Position numbers and translations under genes: made by a program. Of a stretch of 64,000 bases of DNA, positions 35,901 through 50,900 are shown one piece after another. Each line of letters opens with the position of its first letter. Position 1 is the stretch's first letter. Location: assembly GCA_040954595.2 (NCBI GenBank), contig CM082587.2, positions 3,046,275 through 3,110,274 of the forward strand. The letters run 5' to 3'. This stretch comes from Balanoglossus misakiensis (taxonomy: Eukaryota; Animalia; Hemichordata). The notes beneath the pieces were generated by a model that did no database searches, was not told the DNA's origin, and saw only the letters and a program-made list of their open reading frames with translations.

Positions 35901-38900
35901 CCAACAGGAAACACTGGACGAAACGACTCAGGATGTCGCTGTCCACTGATTTGTTCAACTGTTGGACCAGACTGTTGCACAGCGCTTCGTCGTGCTTGGG
36001 GGAATCATCAGAATCTGAAATCATTGCACAGAAGAGGTGGTCACTTCGCATGGGAACTTTAAGTCAATGTGTTTTGTAATACGTGAAACACAGCTTTGCA
36101 GTGCAGCACAAGTTATCAGGTGTGTCCTGTGGAACTTCAGACATGTAGCCATGTTCAAAGGTCTAACCCCACTGTAAAAGCCAAGTTTTGTGGCCAAGAT
36201 TACCTTGCTTCTCTCGTGCAAAACTTTTCCATCCTCCTTAAATTCCACACTCTCCCCACAACCCTTCCCCCAGTACGAACCAAACCTTACCATCTTTATC
36301 CTTGTCCTTATCCTTGTCTTTGTCCTTCTCTTTCTCTTTCTTCTGTTTGCCGGAAGAGCCGCTTGCTCCTTGCGCCTTGGCTCCACACAGCGCACAGGCC
36401 AAGAGCTGCAGAAGTATCGGAGACACTCCCTCTTCCAGATGGAAACTGGCTTGCAGCAAGTAAAACAGAACGGCTGTAATAGACAACAATCAACGCTTTT
36501 ATGATCTGACATCTTTGGATTAATTCTACCCCTTTCACCACCATCGTTTGGTAAAAATCCATTGTCTGTTATGGTAAACAATCAGCTAACATGACTTACT
36601 GTCGTCTTTCTGACAGAACTTCTGCCAGTTGACTGTTCTGGAGGATGCGATCTCACAACAGGCCTTCAGATGTTCGATCTGCAAAGGAAGAAGATTAATG
36701 CTGTAGCTTAGCGATTCATAAATCAATGAATTTCAATGACAGGGAAATTTACAGCCAGGACATAGGTATAGATTTTAAACACAGGCTCATGTCAATTCCA
36801 ACGATTACTAGTATGTTTACTTGATCTTCTAAGGACACAAACTACTCACCAAATTGATAAGGGTATCATAGGGTAAGCTGAACGGCATTCCTGTGATGTG
36901 CTGTTTCTCCATACCACCCTGATCACAGATAGATCTGTACCAAGCAGGAAGAAAACATGATTTAGTGAAATTTATATCAGAGAGAAAGTGTGTAGTCATT
37001 CAAATGGCAAACAAACTAACAAACAGTTCAGCAACCCCAGCTAGACTGTTTTCACCAAGGAAGAATACCAGGTCATGTTTGCCATTACAGGGTGTTCCAT
37101 GCACAATCGTTCAGCAGCCACAGTCCATATTGTTCATGAGACGACCAAATGAGGTTTTCCCGGTTTCTGTGCCCACATATAGATTTCAAATATCAGAATT
37201 CATCATTGTCTTACCTGATTTCCTTGATGTGTGATTCCAGTGAGTGGAGGTCACGCAGCTGCCGGTATTTCTCTTTGGAACCGCAGATGAAGAGGAGAAG
37301 TTTCCTGACTTGGCGTCGGACGAATGGAGTCTGCTGCGTCAACATGTACTGAAAAAAATATCAAACATGTTATGTGACTTCCAGTTTTATTTGAGTCACC
37401 CTGTCCGTTGTTTAAAGGGGTAATACTGAGTCTGAAAAATTCATTGAAGAAACACACCCACACAAACAAAGATACACACGGGAGTACAAAAAAAACTGAC
37501 TGGTTGAGAACTAACACCTACCTCACACAGGTAATAGAACCATGCTTGGTCGAACACTGGTGTGGCAACTCCGCTGTTAGAATCAGCTATCTTCTTGATC
37601 TGAGAAAAAAACCCACAAAAATTGATGAATGAATGAAACATTAAAAGAAAGAAAGAATGAATGGACGGATGGAAGGACCAACGAACAAACAAATGAAAGA
37701 AAAATCGAACAAACAAGAGAACAAATGGATGAAATTTTTGTCCACTGTCGTACCAGAAATTCTTCTGATTCAAACCATGTTTTTCAGCCCACATACAAGA
37801 GCAACACTTACCTGGTATGGTAGTCTCAGAACCATTTCAGTCAGCAGCTGTGGATAGGCTTCAAACACATCACCAGCATGGCCCTGTAAACAACAGAGAA
37901 TGGTGAATTTCTTTACTGATATTAATGTATATTTGGAGGGAAATAACCCCAGAGCATAGCTGGATTCAGACCAAGTATATTACAGTCAATCATATGGAAG
38001 TCATAATCTAAGTGAAAAATTATGCCACAATCTTAGTTACAAATCCATCATTTTATCCTTTTACCTTGACGTATTGTCGGAGAAAGAATGGCGACATATC
38101 AGGAGGAGGCATCAGTGGATGTGGCTTCAACAAGTTACTGCCTGCATTACTAGTCTCCTGTAAATACAGAAAAAAGGTTTAAAATCACTTCCTGGCCAGG
38201 GCAGTGGGGAGATTTCCTCACTGACATTATCACTACGCTAACTTCAAGTCAAGAATGGTAAAACAAGAGAGAACACATACCTCTTCGACCTGGGTCTGTT
38301 TCCAGTGATCCAACAACGCTTTCAGAATCAGCAGACAGTAGTCGACAGCCCCACAGCTGAGCAATGCTGATGCTGTTGCGTTGGAAACCGAAGATGATGA
38401 CTACGGGAATACACACAAAGATATATCAGTATTGGCATATGACATAATAAACTGAGCCAGAGCCAGTCTTCAACTATTTGTGCTTGAAATGAGGTTATGA
38501 CAGCTAAACTCAGCATGACACACTAACTATCATGTCATCACAACATTATACACCTTTGGCTATTTCCTTATCTACAAGTGCAGATATTTTGGCATGATTA
38601 TCAGTACCTCGCTGCTCCTGGTGCCAGACTTTGTCCTGGACATGAAGACACTGAGCAATCGCATGATGATCAGCTGCACTTCATGCCTGGCGGTTCTCTT
38701 GGCCACGTCACCAAATTCCTTCTTGGACATCTCCAGCTCGGCCAGGGTGAACTGCAGCAGATTGTCCAGGGCTATCTTGTCCTTCAGCTCATCACTGTCC
38801 AAGTCAGAACTCAGCATCAGCAACACCTGGGCACAAAGAAAGCAATGTTGCTTTGTCATCAAAGGTATATGTGGAGGGACTGTGATTATTGTAACCACAT

Positions 38901-41900
38901 TGCCAACTAACATACCGACCTTTTCTTTCACGTCAGTGCAGGAAAGTGACTGTACATGTCTGTGGATTGAACTGCTGTCTGTAAAGCTAATTTTTCTACA
39001 GTGTGTGTCAGATGTCCGTATTGCACAGAAACTAAAAGACTGACAATAATTCCTGTTGCTATGGTTCCCATCCGAGGACTCACCTGCATGAAGGGGATGG
39101 CTCTGACTCCGCCCACATCTCGCAGCTCGGGCAAATGTTGCAGTAGTCTCTCCAGCAGCATGAGTCTCAGCGTGTGGAGTCTGTAGCTGGTGTCGAAATC
39201 GGTGTCGGTCTCCGACATGTCGCACATTTCAGTCTGGCCCATGGACGCGCTGGGCATGCCGCCACTACTGGCAACACTGCCTGGACCGGTCACTGGAGGT
39301 TCGTGGATCACGTCCTCGTAGGCACTGCTACGACCACTCACTGTGAGTAGTATATGGAAATATGTTGGGTTTTTTAGTATAGTGTTTGGAGAAGGAGAGG
39401 GTGTCAGTAGCCTTTGCAGTGAATATCATCTTGCATTTAACATTTTGTGTTCAACAATCACTTTGATATTTTAAGTTAAATGCACACATAAACACAAACA
39501 CAGACACAAATAAATCAATACATACAAACACAAAGAGAAGTTACAACTGAGCACTATACTTCAGAAATATATTTCATAAAGACAAATAAAAACGCAGACT
39601 GCACACACCTCACATAAACCTTCCTCCCCCACACATACCCTGACACATACCCACACACAATAAGCGCAAACTCACCGCTGTGTTCTCCAGAATCCACACC
39701 ACTGCCACCACTCTCAGAGCCTGCACTTCCTCCGTGATCGGCCGGCGACGTCCTCAGGGTTGAACCATCAGTGGCAGCAGTGCTACCTTCATCATCGTCA
39801 CTCGCTGCAGCTAGCAGGGAAAACAAATCGACAACTCCAAATGAACTAATTTGAAAATAATACGTGTTTGGCACACAGATTTAGAATCACCAGCAAAGTC
39901 AGTCATCATAAGACAAGACAGATATCTGCTTCTATATGTTTTCTTCTACCAGGATATTACAAGAAGCATGTTCGAGAATGAAAAGACACAACTCACCCGA
40001 TGCGGTGGTGTCGGAGAACGTTCCCGCTTCCAAGGACGACGAGCTCTGCCCCTGTCCACTGAGGGCCAACCCCTGCAGACCGAGCCCAGCTCCGGATCGC
40101 CCTGGTTGGTCCTGCAGACTCAGGGCTATGGCCAGCTCCACCATAGTCTCATCATCGGCATCTGGCGGAATATCCAGCATGGGAGGGAAACCTCCTCCCC
40201 CGGCCAGTAGAACCTCAAGGGGGCTCTGGCTGGGGCCTCCCAGGGGGCCAGCTTCAGGGGGTTCCAGGACCATTGGCTCGTGTTGTTCCTGATGGTAGCA
40301 ATACATTTCAAGTTCAATTTTTTTCAGTTGCATTTTTTTATCTGATCCTAAGATACAACAGGCTTACTTCAATGGTAATATCCAAGCCTTTTCATATTCA
40401 GTAAATGACACAGAATTACAACAGTCAATTCTTTATTTCTTGAGGTCCTTCCCTTGCTCATGGGGCCTGCCCGTGCCACTGAAAACAACAGGATCAACCA
40501 AAGTACAGTGCTGAGGTTGTGGGTAGAAATGGTAGCAGAAGAATAACCATGTTTCCAAATCAAGATCGACTCACCACAACTTCAAACTGTGAATCACTAT
40601 CTTGTCCCTGTGAAGTACTATCTGGCTGCCCATTGCTGCTGCTCTCTCCGCCACCGGCAGCTGCCTTCTCGTCGCTCTCCTCCTCCTCGCCCCCACCGAC
40701 ACCACCAGAGGGCGTGCTACACCTGGGCGGTGACGGTATCACCACACGTCGCCTCTTGTGTCTGGGACGCAGTACTCGGATCAGAGCCTGCTTGGCGGCA
40801 AAACTCACTGCTTGGTCCTGTAGGATAGAAAATTGTGATTATGAACGAGGCTCTAGACTTGCCACACTGCCAATTTACAGACATTCTGGAAGGCACTGAT
40901 GATAGGCCAAGTTATTTTGGGGAAAAATAGCAGAAATCTTACCTCACAGAGCAACAACTGTACATAGAGTTTGGTGGCAAGGTTAACATTCTCCAAATCA
41001 CAGGATGCGAATGCATGGATGATTTCAACCAAGGCTACCACAGTTGCTTCCACCTGTGTCAAACCTGTCAACAGAGAAACTCGGCGTAGTGAGTGTACAG
41101 TGATAGTCAGAGAGAGAGTGGTGAACAGATGGGAGTGCATTGTCACTGGGACTATTTGCAAGGCCATTCCCCACAGAGTATATATTTCCAGAAACTGAGG
41201 ATTGCAAACACATACCTGGTAGACATACGGGTCCCAAGAATGGATTGGATGGTTTGCTGGTGTGCAACTGCCAGAAGGCTTCCATGAGCTGCACCACAAA
41301 GTGTTGGGATTCACTGGGATCCAGGTCTGCCAGTCTTTTGTTGGGAGAAGCGGTGCTGGCAGACGTCTCTGCTTCCATTTTATCTTCCGCCTCTAGATCC
41401 GTCACTTCCATCACTGCAGGAAGAACACACTGTTACTTCAGAAGTTATCGACTTCACACTTCATGTTGCTCAAAAGATGACAACGGAAGCCAAGTGAGAA
41501 GGCCGTAATCAAACTTAGAATAATTGTGAAAATAATACAAATTTCTCTGTATAACTGCTTCAGGAGTTTCGTACCTGTATCCATGGTGATACCACTCTCT
41601 GTCAAGGTCGTATCTCTGTTGTCAGCAAACCGGACGAGGTTCGAGGGCCTCGCCACAGCAACAGATCTGGCAGTGACCACAAGCCTCTGGTAGGCCTCTG
41701 CGTCCAACTCAGCACTACTCTTCTCTTCTTTTCCACATTCCTTGGCGAGCGTGCTCAGACACTGGACGACGTGAGCCAATTGGGCTTGGTCCTGAGAAGG
41801 TCAACAAGAAGTCAAGCTCACTTTAATATGAACAGCAAGCAATAAGGGATCCATATTTGCCCTTGTTGCTAAACCAAAATATACTTAACAGATCAGATAT

Positions 41901-44900
41901 GTTATAGATCAGGTAGTAAAAAATGTATTTACCTTGTGGTTGTGATAGGTAGTTCTACTGCTATGCAGAGTCGCTAGCAGAGTCTTGGTGTATTGTTGTA
42001 CACTGGATGGTGTCGGTAGGGTCAGTAGAGTAGTGGCCAGGTCCAATACTGACTGTCTGCTAGGTTCCTGCAGTGGTAAAATTACACACAGTACATTGTC
42101 AATTGTCACAGTAAGACATGAATTAAACACTCAATTTAAGAAATTATGCCTCTACCAGACTTCTACCACAAACACTTGTTCCAAAGTTAAATATACCTTT
42201 GATGAAAATTATTATGGACCTATTGATTGAACTCACCCGGTCATCCAGATTGACCACAGACATACACCCCTCGAGCACCTCCAGAGAGCTGGCTACCATT
42301 CTGTCCAAAGAGGTCAAAGGTAGCGGCGGAGTCACAGCGGCTTCCGTGTCCGCTGCCGGTGCCCCAGAGGATGATGGGAGGCTCGTGCCGGTGGTTGATG
42401 GGAACTCATCTGGCGGCTCGTCGGGCCAGCCGAAGGCTTCCTTGGTTTTGCCGTACACTTTCAGGGAATCCACCATGGTGATTCCTGCAGGATCTACGGA
42501 AGGACCGACTGTTGAAAGAAACAGAATTAGCACACAAGATGTTAGAATTCTAGTAATGTGCTAATGTCCCGACTCGAACGAAAGACTGCAGAATTTGACA
42601 CCTTTTCACATGGGGACACACACAAATCTCCATACATGTACTTGACATACATTGTTCAATACCTGAATATCAGTAAATCTATTGCCAAAGGCAAACAGTG
42701 GACTGTAGATCGAACAATTACTCACCAAAGAAAGTGAATTTCTTGTCTGCAGTCAGGGATTCCTCTCTTGTGAACGGCATGTCATACCATCGGTTACGAC
42801 TCAGATTGACCTACAGAGCAATGACAGAATTATAACAACAGAGCAATGTAGAATAGAAAATTCAAAACTATTTCTGCAGAATGGGTAGGGGTAACCCCTG
42901 TGAAAGACTGGGTATTTATATTTACCTGGTGGGTTCTGCCAAACATCTCCACAAAGGACGGTGCCCTCTCGATTGACTGGGTGCCCACATGCAGGCGAAC
43001 ACCAACCATCACCATGTTACTGTTGTTATTGGTGATCTCGATGTTGAAACCAGCCGGCTGTAGTGGGATAAAAAAAGAAGTCATAAGTCGGCTACAAACA
43101 GGAACATGGTTTTGTCACTACTGCTATACTGCACCTTTTGAAGTCATTTATGTGGTTCCCACAAAACAAAGAGTTCAATCCCTGAATGATGAATGACATA
43201 CCTTGGTGCTGGCCACATACATGCCGGTGGTGTTCAGACGATGTTTAATCTGCTGTGCATTGTACACTTGAAGCAGATCCGTGCCTCCGAAGTCGACATC
43301 GTTCAGAACTTGACCGTGTTCGAAGAAATCAATGGGGAATGACACCTGACCAACAGGACGACCTGATTGAGAAGAAAAAATCACTATCAGTGATGGCGGT
43401 GAAAAGGTTAAATCAGAATAATGCCAGTTTCATGTCAGTAAAATTCACAGAATTGGAGAAAGGTTCGTTTACCAGATTTTGCCGACTTCTTTTTCTTGGT
43501 GGGCCTGAGAACGCTGATAACACTGGACGGTTGGAAGTGGCTAGACATCCAGTGACTGGTGTTGTCAACGCTGGCCATGTAGATACGCAGACTGCCGTCC
43601 TCACACAGCAGTATCAGGGTAGTCCTGTGCTGATCTGAGCTGGCAGAGGCATGTCTGATGGCAACCATGTCTTGGATCTGGAAAAGCAAGACAAAGACCG
43701 GTCAGTCAAGCAGTGAGAAGTCTTAGGCCTCCTCTTGGTACTGTCATTTTTTTAAACATGAAACTGTGATACAAGAAAGTTTTTTCTCCCAAAGACAAAC
43801 CTTGGCCTTGGCTGGCAGCGTCTTGATCTCCTGCACCATGATGGTGTCCGGTTTGACCATCATGATCACCGGCACCCCTCCGGTCTGCGTGATGCAGCAT
43901 ATCAACCCTGGGTGGTTCGGCACCTCGTTCCACTGACATAGAGCTGGGCTGCTCGACTTGCTGGAGCCATTGTTGCTGAAAACAGATACAGGGGCCATTT
44001 TGTTACGGTCACTAATACAAGTGTAGTCACAGTTATTAATAGCCAATCACAATGTTCTCTACAACTTGGTGAAGGATTTTTGATGTGTACTTACCTCTTG
44101 AAATTGATGGGAAAGAGGGGCGAGAGCTGATTCATCTGTTTTCCAACTGGTGAACAGAATGTCTTGCCTGCATGTACAATGTAAGAAACAGGAAAACGTT
44201 AGGATTCAATTCAGCAAGTGCTCCATCAGGACAATGTACACAATAGTCTGCTATGGTATTTTCATAGTGCAAATATCACTTTCCCATCAGCTTGGGTGTC
44301 AGCTCCCATCAGCTACAGATTTATATTACTTAGACTCAGTTAAAAGTATGCAGTTGAAAAGCCAAAACATAACCTGTGCACTCATATTTCCATTTATTTT
44401 CCTCTTACCTTGTGTGTAGCTGAAGAAGAGAAGTTGTAAGGTGTGCGAGTAATACACAGACACTCCTCCGCCGGCCACCTGACCATTGGTATCCTAGGTA
44501 ACAAGAATACAAGGAACATGCTGTGAATTTCATGAACTCAGAAAATCTACAAACCATAAGTCCAAGACAGGTTTTAATGTATGTACATCTGTGTTATCTA
44601 CATGAAACAATCTGGAAAGGAGTTCCTCACCTTCAAGTCATCGTGTTTGACTTCCAAGACATTGGTCACATAGAACGGCCCATGCTTGGCGCAGCTGAGT
44701 TCCTCCATGGGTTGGGTGTAGATGTAGCCAGCGGACGACATCAAGACCATGGTGCGAGTCTCCTCAGTGAAGATGAACGAGGCATCGCGGATCTTGCCGC
44801 TTGGCAACAGGAAGTAGTAGAGGGGACTCAGTGCATCCTGGGATAGGTCATAGATCTGTGGTTTTTCGCAAGAGGAAGATCAGATGAATAAATGGAACCA

Positions 44901-47900
44901 TCATGAACTCATGACACCAAGATGTTAAAAGCAAATTTTGAAAAATACCCTGGACAGAACCACTCACCTTGACAAAGTCTGCCGTTACTATCGCAAGCTC
45001 ACACTGCGACCCTGGCAACCAGATTGTTTTGATGATGAAGTTGCCGGCCTCCAGTTGTGGGTGAAGCACCAGGTGATCGGACACTGACCCTGAACTTGTG
45101 AACGTCAAGACATGGCAATCCTGTAGCAACAAAATAAACTCCTTCAAATTTCAGAAACACGGCATACAAAGATTACGATTTAGACACCTCTGCAAAGAGA
45201 GCAATATTCTCGAACTCTCTGGAGTTTCCCCCCAATTTGCAACTACAGAAAATATCCCGGCAATGATGCAAGTTTTCAAACTGACCTTGAGACCACATAC
45301 TGCCAGGAAGTCTTCGTTGCATGGATTACCACAGATATTCAACACAGTGAATGGTACCGGAGCTGAAGACAGTCTCTGTAAAAAAACACACAATGGCACC
45401 AGAGCAATTTTAGAGTTCATAGTTCTTATCACTAACTACATCAGGTATGCAGCACTTAAAAAATATGCACTGCTTTCTAGCAGTATCAAATGATAGATTG
45501 TTCTTGCGATAAAAGAGATACTCACGGTTAGAGTCAGCTTTCTCTTACTGGAGTCCGCCTGTTTCAACAATGCTGACAGCTGAAGAATGGTGATCTTGCC
45601 TTTCTCATGGCTGACAGCCAGATGCTGGCGTCGTCCGTTGGGAGATGACATCACGCACATGGCCACACGTCTCAGCATGTGAGCGCTGATCAGCTGGCGT
45701 ATTGTCTGGCCCTGGTCTCCGGAGTAGTTCATGCGAACGTTTTCGAACGCTCCTTCCTGGGAGCCAAGTGTCGGCACCTGCAAGGACAGTGATGTGGATT
45801 TCATTCAACCCTTTCATCCCCAGTTCCCTCTTTAGAGGTCCAACCTTACCATACAAAACAATGGGCTTGGACTGAACCATGGTGGTGAAAGGATTAAAGG
45901 AACTACATTCTTACCATCAGTTGATCTGTGTTCTCCACAGCCTTCTCCACTGTGTGCAACTCATCCAGGGCTTTCTGGGCCCTGGCTGCGGCGCCCACTG
46001 GCGACGTTCTCTTGCAGTTCTCGCCCATGGGCTCCACCAGTGACTGCAACATCTCCAACACCACATTGGAGCAATTCGACGATTCCTACAAATAACAGCG
46101 AAACCAAACCTCTTTAGAATAGATTCTAGTAGTTAAACCGGCGACCACATCAACATCAGGTCACTAACGCAAGGCTGAACAACTTTATAGATTATTGGAG
46201 GTACTAATATATGTCCACAACTTACCAAATGAGCAATGAGCACATCTTTGTACTTCTCAATCTGTTTACACATGGCAAGCCTGGCCTTGTTGGTTTCCTC
46301 GCTTGTCTTGTCCCCGCCGTGCGATTTCTCCGCCGGTGTCGGAGACGAGGTGCGTCTTCTCAGAGAGCTCTCCGGCACTTTGTCCATGGAGAACGGCGAC
46401 TGCATGTTACCCGGCGCCACGCTTGAATCCAGACCACTGCTTGGTGTTCTCTTCACTAGAGCCTGCAAAAGATCCACATGACAATTGTCAACAGTCACCT
46501 AAACTATCATGAAGTACGTACTCAGAATTTCACACAAAGATGCACCATCATTAAATTACAGACTTAAGATATCTGTCAGTCATACAGATGGCTGACACAT
46601 GATGCCCACATGATGTCCACATGTTCACCACATGAACCTACCTGACAGCTGCCATCTTCTTTAGCACCGCAGTCACAGAAGAATGATCCATACTTGGCAT
46701 AGGACAGCTCATGGTCCTTGTGGCAGACCTTAGCACAGATGGTACACACACCAACTCCATCCACCATCTTGCATGTGTGACAGTGATACCTTGGGTGAAA
46801 TATAAGTATGATTGTATTTTAATTTCCAATATGTGCTCTTCAGTGTTGCTTACACTCACAAACAAAACATTGTAATTAATCAGAGAATACAATTGTATGT
46901 TAGGCTTACCAGTGTTGATTCATAAATTCTTTCTGTGTGATGGTGAATGTACACAGCTTATTACACAGAGAATCTTCATCCTACAAGGGACAAATAAAGG
47001 ATAGTGGTCACATCATGCCCATGAAATCAGCCTTTAGATACGGCCATATACAATTACAGTGGAAACCACACTGAATTGGTTTCTGCACAATGTACACATA
47101 TTCTTACCGAGTCTTCAGCAGCTGAGTCGTCTTCTTCCGGGACCAGGTCTTCTGCCCAATCAGAATCCACTTCCTGTGCGGTGGTTTCGCCATCGTACAG
47201 TGGCGATGTGCTTCCACTTCTTTCAGTGGACTGTTTCAGAGCCCCGAGGATGTTCACCAAGTACGACAACAGATAACAGGTGGCTTCCATCATTGTATGG
47301 TGCTGTGAAATATAACATATCATCCTTTATCACAGCTAAGTTTATCAACTGAAAGTAAATACTGGACGCATATGCTTACTCTTTTTACAAAAGTATTTGC
47401 TTTTCGGGTGATCCTCGGTTTTGACAACATTTCAAGAGACTATATCATTCCTTACCTTTCCCTCAGTCACACTGTTTTCTATCTTCTCCACAACGTCCTT
47501 GTGACCCAAGTATTTTTTACTGTGGAAGCAGGAAAAAATAACATTTTAAAATATATTATCACCATTAGTTTACAAGTCATCAAAATGCTGTCTTGCTATA
47601 CACTTGCATGGCCACACACAGCACATGTAATTATATTACTGATTTTCAATCTGCCAGACAGCTTCTACTCACCAATCTTCCAACCATCCAGTAGCAGCTT
47701 TAAAAAGCTCCACGTGGCCTGCACCTGAGCCGGCGCCGGCCAGTGTTGCCATGACAACTATCAGCTCCGAGAAGCCAGTTCCTCCGTCATTGGTCAGCAG
47801 CTCTGAACCCATGGGGATAAGATTTTTCAGTAGTGTCATGGCAACGGGCTCACCAACATGGCTGAGAACGATAAATAAAACACAGTAGGTTTTTTAATCA

Positions 47901-50900
47901 AAGTTGTTATTGTCTTGCATTTTTGTAGATATCTGGAGGAAACATTTTCAGTCTATAAAGAGATTTTCTGCCTCACCTGTTGTCCTTGACAATATAAGAG
48001 GTCAGTCCCTGTAGTAAGAGTCTATTTTCCTGTCCCTTGCCGATGAGTTCTGTGTCTCTGATAATTCTGGACAGCCACTTCTGCAGTCGGGCCGGTTGGG
48101 CCGTGGTCAGCTTGGACAGTGATGAACACAGAACCCCATAGCTCTTGTCTGTGGGATTCTTCTCAGCTGAAAAATAAAATATTCAAAAATGAAATGTTCT
48201 GAGTTTTTTTTAGTAATCCAGGGTTACCATTGACAGAAACATGACAATGTACATTTACATTTAGACAGACAAAATTCCAAAACTCTTAGCTGAGAAAACT
48301 TACCCAGTTGGAATAATTTGTTGAAGAACTTCAGAACTTTGGTTCCATACTCCGAGGAGAGAATTTCATTGGATGAACTCAGAAGCAGGTTAATAAGATC
48401 TGCAATAAAAATATTACGTGTTAAAAAGTCAGTTGTGAGATGGCAATACCATAATTCATAATATAACTCAATATATGAAAGGCTTCCTACGATTACCTGC
48501 ATCTTCTGTGTAGAATTTCTCCATGGCTTTCTTGGCCGGTCCTTTGTCAAGATTACTCTCCATCGTCTTAAGACATTCATGCAAGATGGTCTCATCCATA
48601 CAACTGCAATGTGACGTTTGGGAGAGATTTAAAACGTTGACTACTTATAGGTATGAATACTAGGCAGCATTATCAATAGCCATATAATTGTTATGGCATA
48701 TCATGGTGAGAAATATTCTCAGTGGCTGAATTGACACAGCTACATACATACATTTAGACAACACACACTCACTCCAGTGTCTTACCTTTCCTTTGCTGTG
48801 TGCTTGGTGAAGATTTCATGACACACTGTCATCATGTAGTAGTAGACCTTGTTTGTGAAATCATCGCTGTCGCTGGGTCCCATCACACGCTCCAGTGATA
48901 GGTTACACTGTTGGCAGACATGTTTAAAACATTTCATTTTCAACTGAGAATATTGTGATAATACACATAGGCGGTCATGTATAATTTTCACCATCAGGCT
49001 CAGAGATTTGTATCATTAACTAATTTGCATTCAAGTTTTCTACTCATTAACATTCTTCAAAAACACAAGACACAATGAGAAACTTACGTAGTCAACAAGC
49101 CCTTCAGCAGTGACATCTAAGACCAGAGGAAAGAAGATGCTGATAATCTGCTTGGCATTGTTCTCATCAGGGTACCAACTGAAAATTCGACAAATTTGTT
49201 CAATGACAGATTTCATCACAAAATGAGACAATAAAAATTCCAATTCCGGGTGATCTTTAACCCTCTAATACTGCCATGGTTTGGTCCAAATCCATTGTTA
49301 TCTATGGTAAAGTTGGGCCTCTAATGAGAGAAATAGGGGTTTAAAATGTACTTACGAGATGAGGTCACTGCTGAACCTGACCAATGACAGCATGACGTGT
49401 TTCAGTGACTGCATGATAGTGAACGGCTGCTGACCTGTAAAGCCAGACGACGAAACATGTCTAGATCAACAAGATTCACTATGATCCTGAACATCATGAG
49501 CATTGTGCTCCTGGAAGTACTAATGCCTTGTTCTGCTGTTTATGAACAGATATGGGGATATATTTCTAAATGTTCATATTCATGCTGTTTCCCCCAAAGT
49601 GGCTGTGTAGTAATTCTGTCAAAATATGACAGGGCAAATGCAACTTCTACTTACCAGAGAGGGTTCTGATATGAGCCGACTGGACAGCATCCAGATAAGT
49701 CTCTGATGGAATGGGATCATTAGCATATGCATTGCGCTGTACAAAAGACATGAATACAGAACAATATTAATATTGAAGTCCATATTACCATGGGGAGGGA
49801 GAGGCTATGTCACAGGAAGTGAAAATACACGACCTTTACAACCCAGGTGTAACAAGAATACATATTCAAATGTATGATCTATGTTGCCACACTGCAATAA
49901 GCATAAATGGCTGTTACAGCCGCATTACAATACACTCGTATATGCAAAACTACGTACCCAAGCACCGATGGCTGGGAACTCGCTGACCGCCGTACTGTTC
50001 CACTTGTCAATGGCACTTCTGATTGGCGACGGCAAGGAGCCCATGATCGCCAGGCCGAATGCGGACAGCTTGGATGCCCGGCTGGATCCCAGTCTGAGCA
50101 CGGCTCCGTAGGCAGACAGGGCTTCCGGCACGGTGTGTTCCTTCTTCATGTCGGAATGGTTCACCACTTGGTGGAGAAGGCAGGACCTGGAAAACAAATC
50201 ATTACGAACATCTTAGATTTACTCGCACTGATCACGCATGTTCAAGTCACTCAAAAGAAATCCAGGAACTTCCAGGCATTTTCGTGGAACTGCCGCAGGT
50301 TTATAAATATCACTCTTCCAAAACTGATTTACATACCTGCAGAATGCGGTATACATCTCTATCAGTGTAAATATCGGAGGCAGCAGATCTTTGGCAATAT
50401 CCAGAGACTTGGTCTGGCTTGAGTCGTTCTGAAATTGAAAAAGGAAAAATTGAAATATTAGATGCTCAATTCGAAGGTCATATGAACTGTGATTGTGCAT
50501 AGTACACCCACGTAATAAGCCAACATTTCCACTCTTGATTTTGCAAGCAAAGATATAAAAGTTGCGACGCTCACCGTTGATTTGGACTGGATGTCGTCCA
50601 GGGCCACCTGAACTTTTGCGATGACCGAGTCGAGCATGTAGATGTGGTGCAGACTGGGTAGTTTATTCAGAGACAGGATGTCGCCGGATTCAACGCAGAA
50701 TGGAAACTCTGACAGCTGAAAACAAACAGAACATATCGGAATGGGTTGTGTGAGGACGCAACATTGTCCTTTTTACATTAGTCATACCCCATAAGTACAA
50801 AGCTAACAGTATTCTTGACAGATCCAGATTCACCACATACCTGTCTGGCGATGAATTCTCGAGCCAGCTGCACATCATACTTGGCTGTGTTGCAATACTT

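Noticed and set aside
48765-48786. Second donor (GTGAGT) 13 nt into a UBR4 intron
   Set aside because: Using it includes an in-frame TAA and shifts phase; no support without reads.
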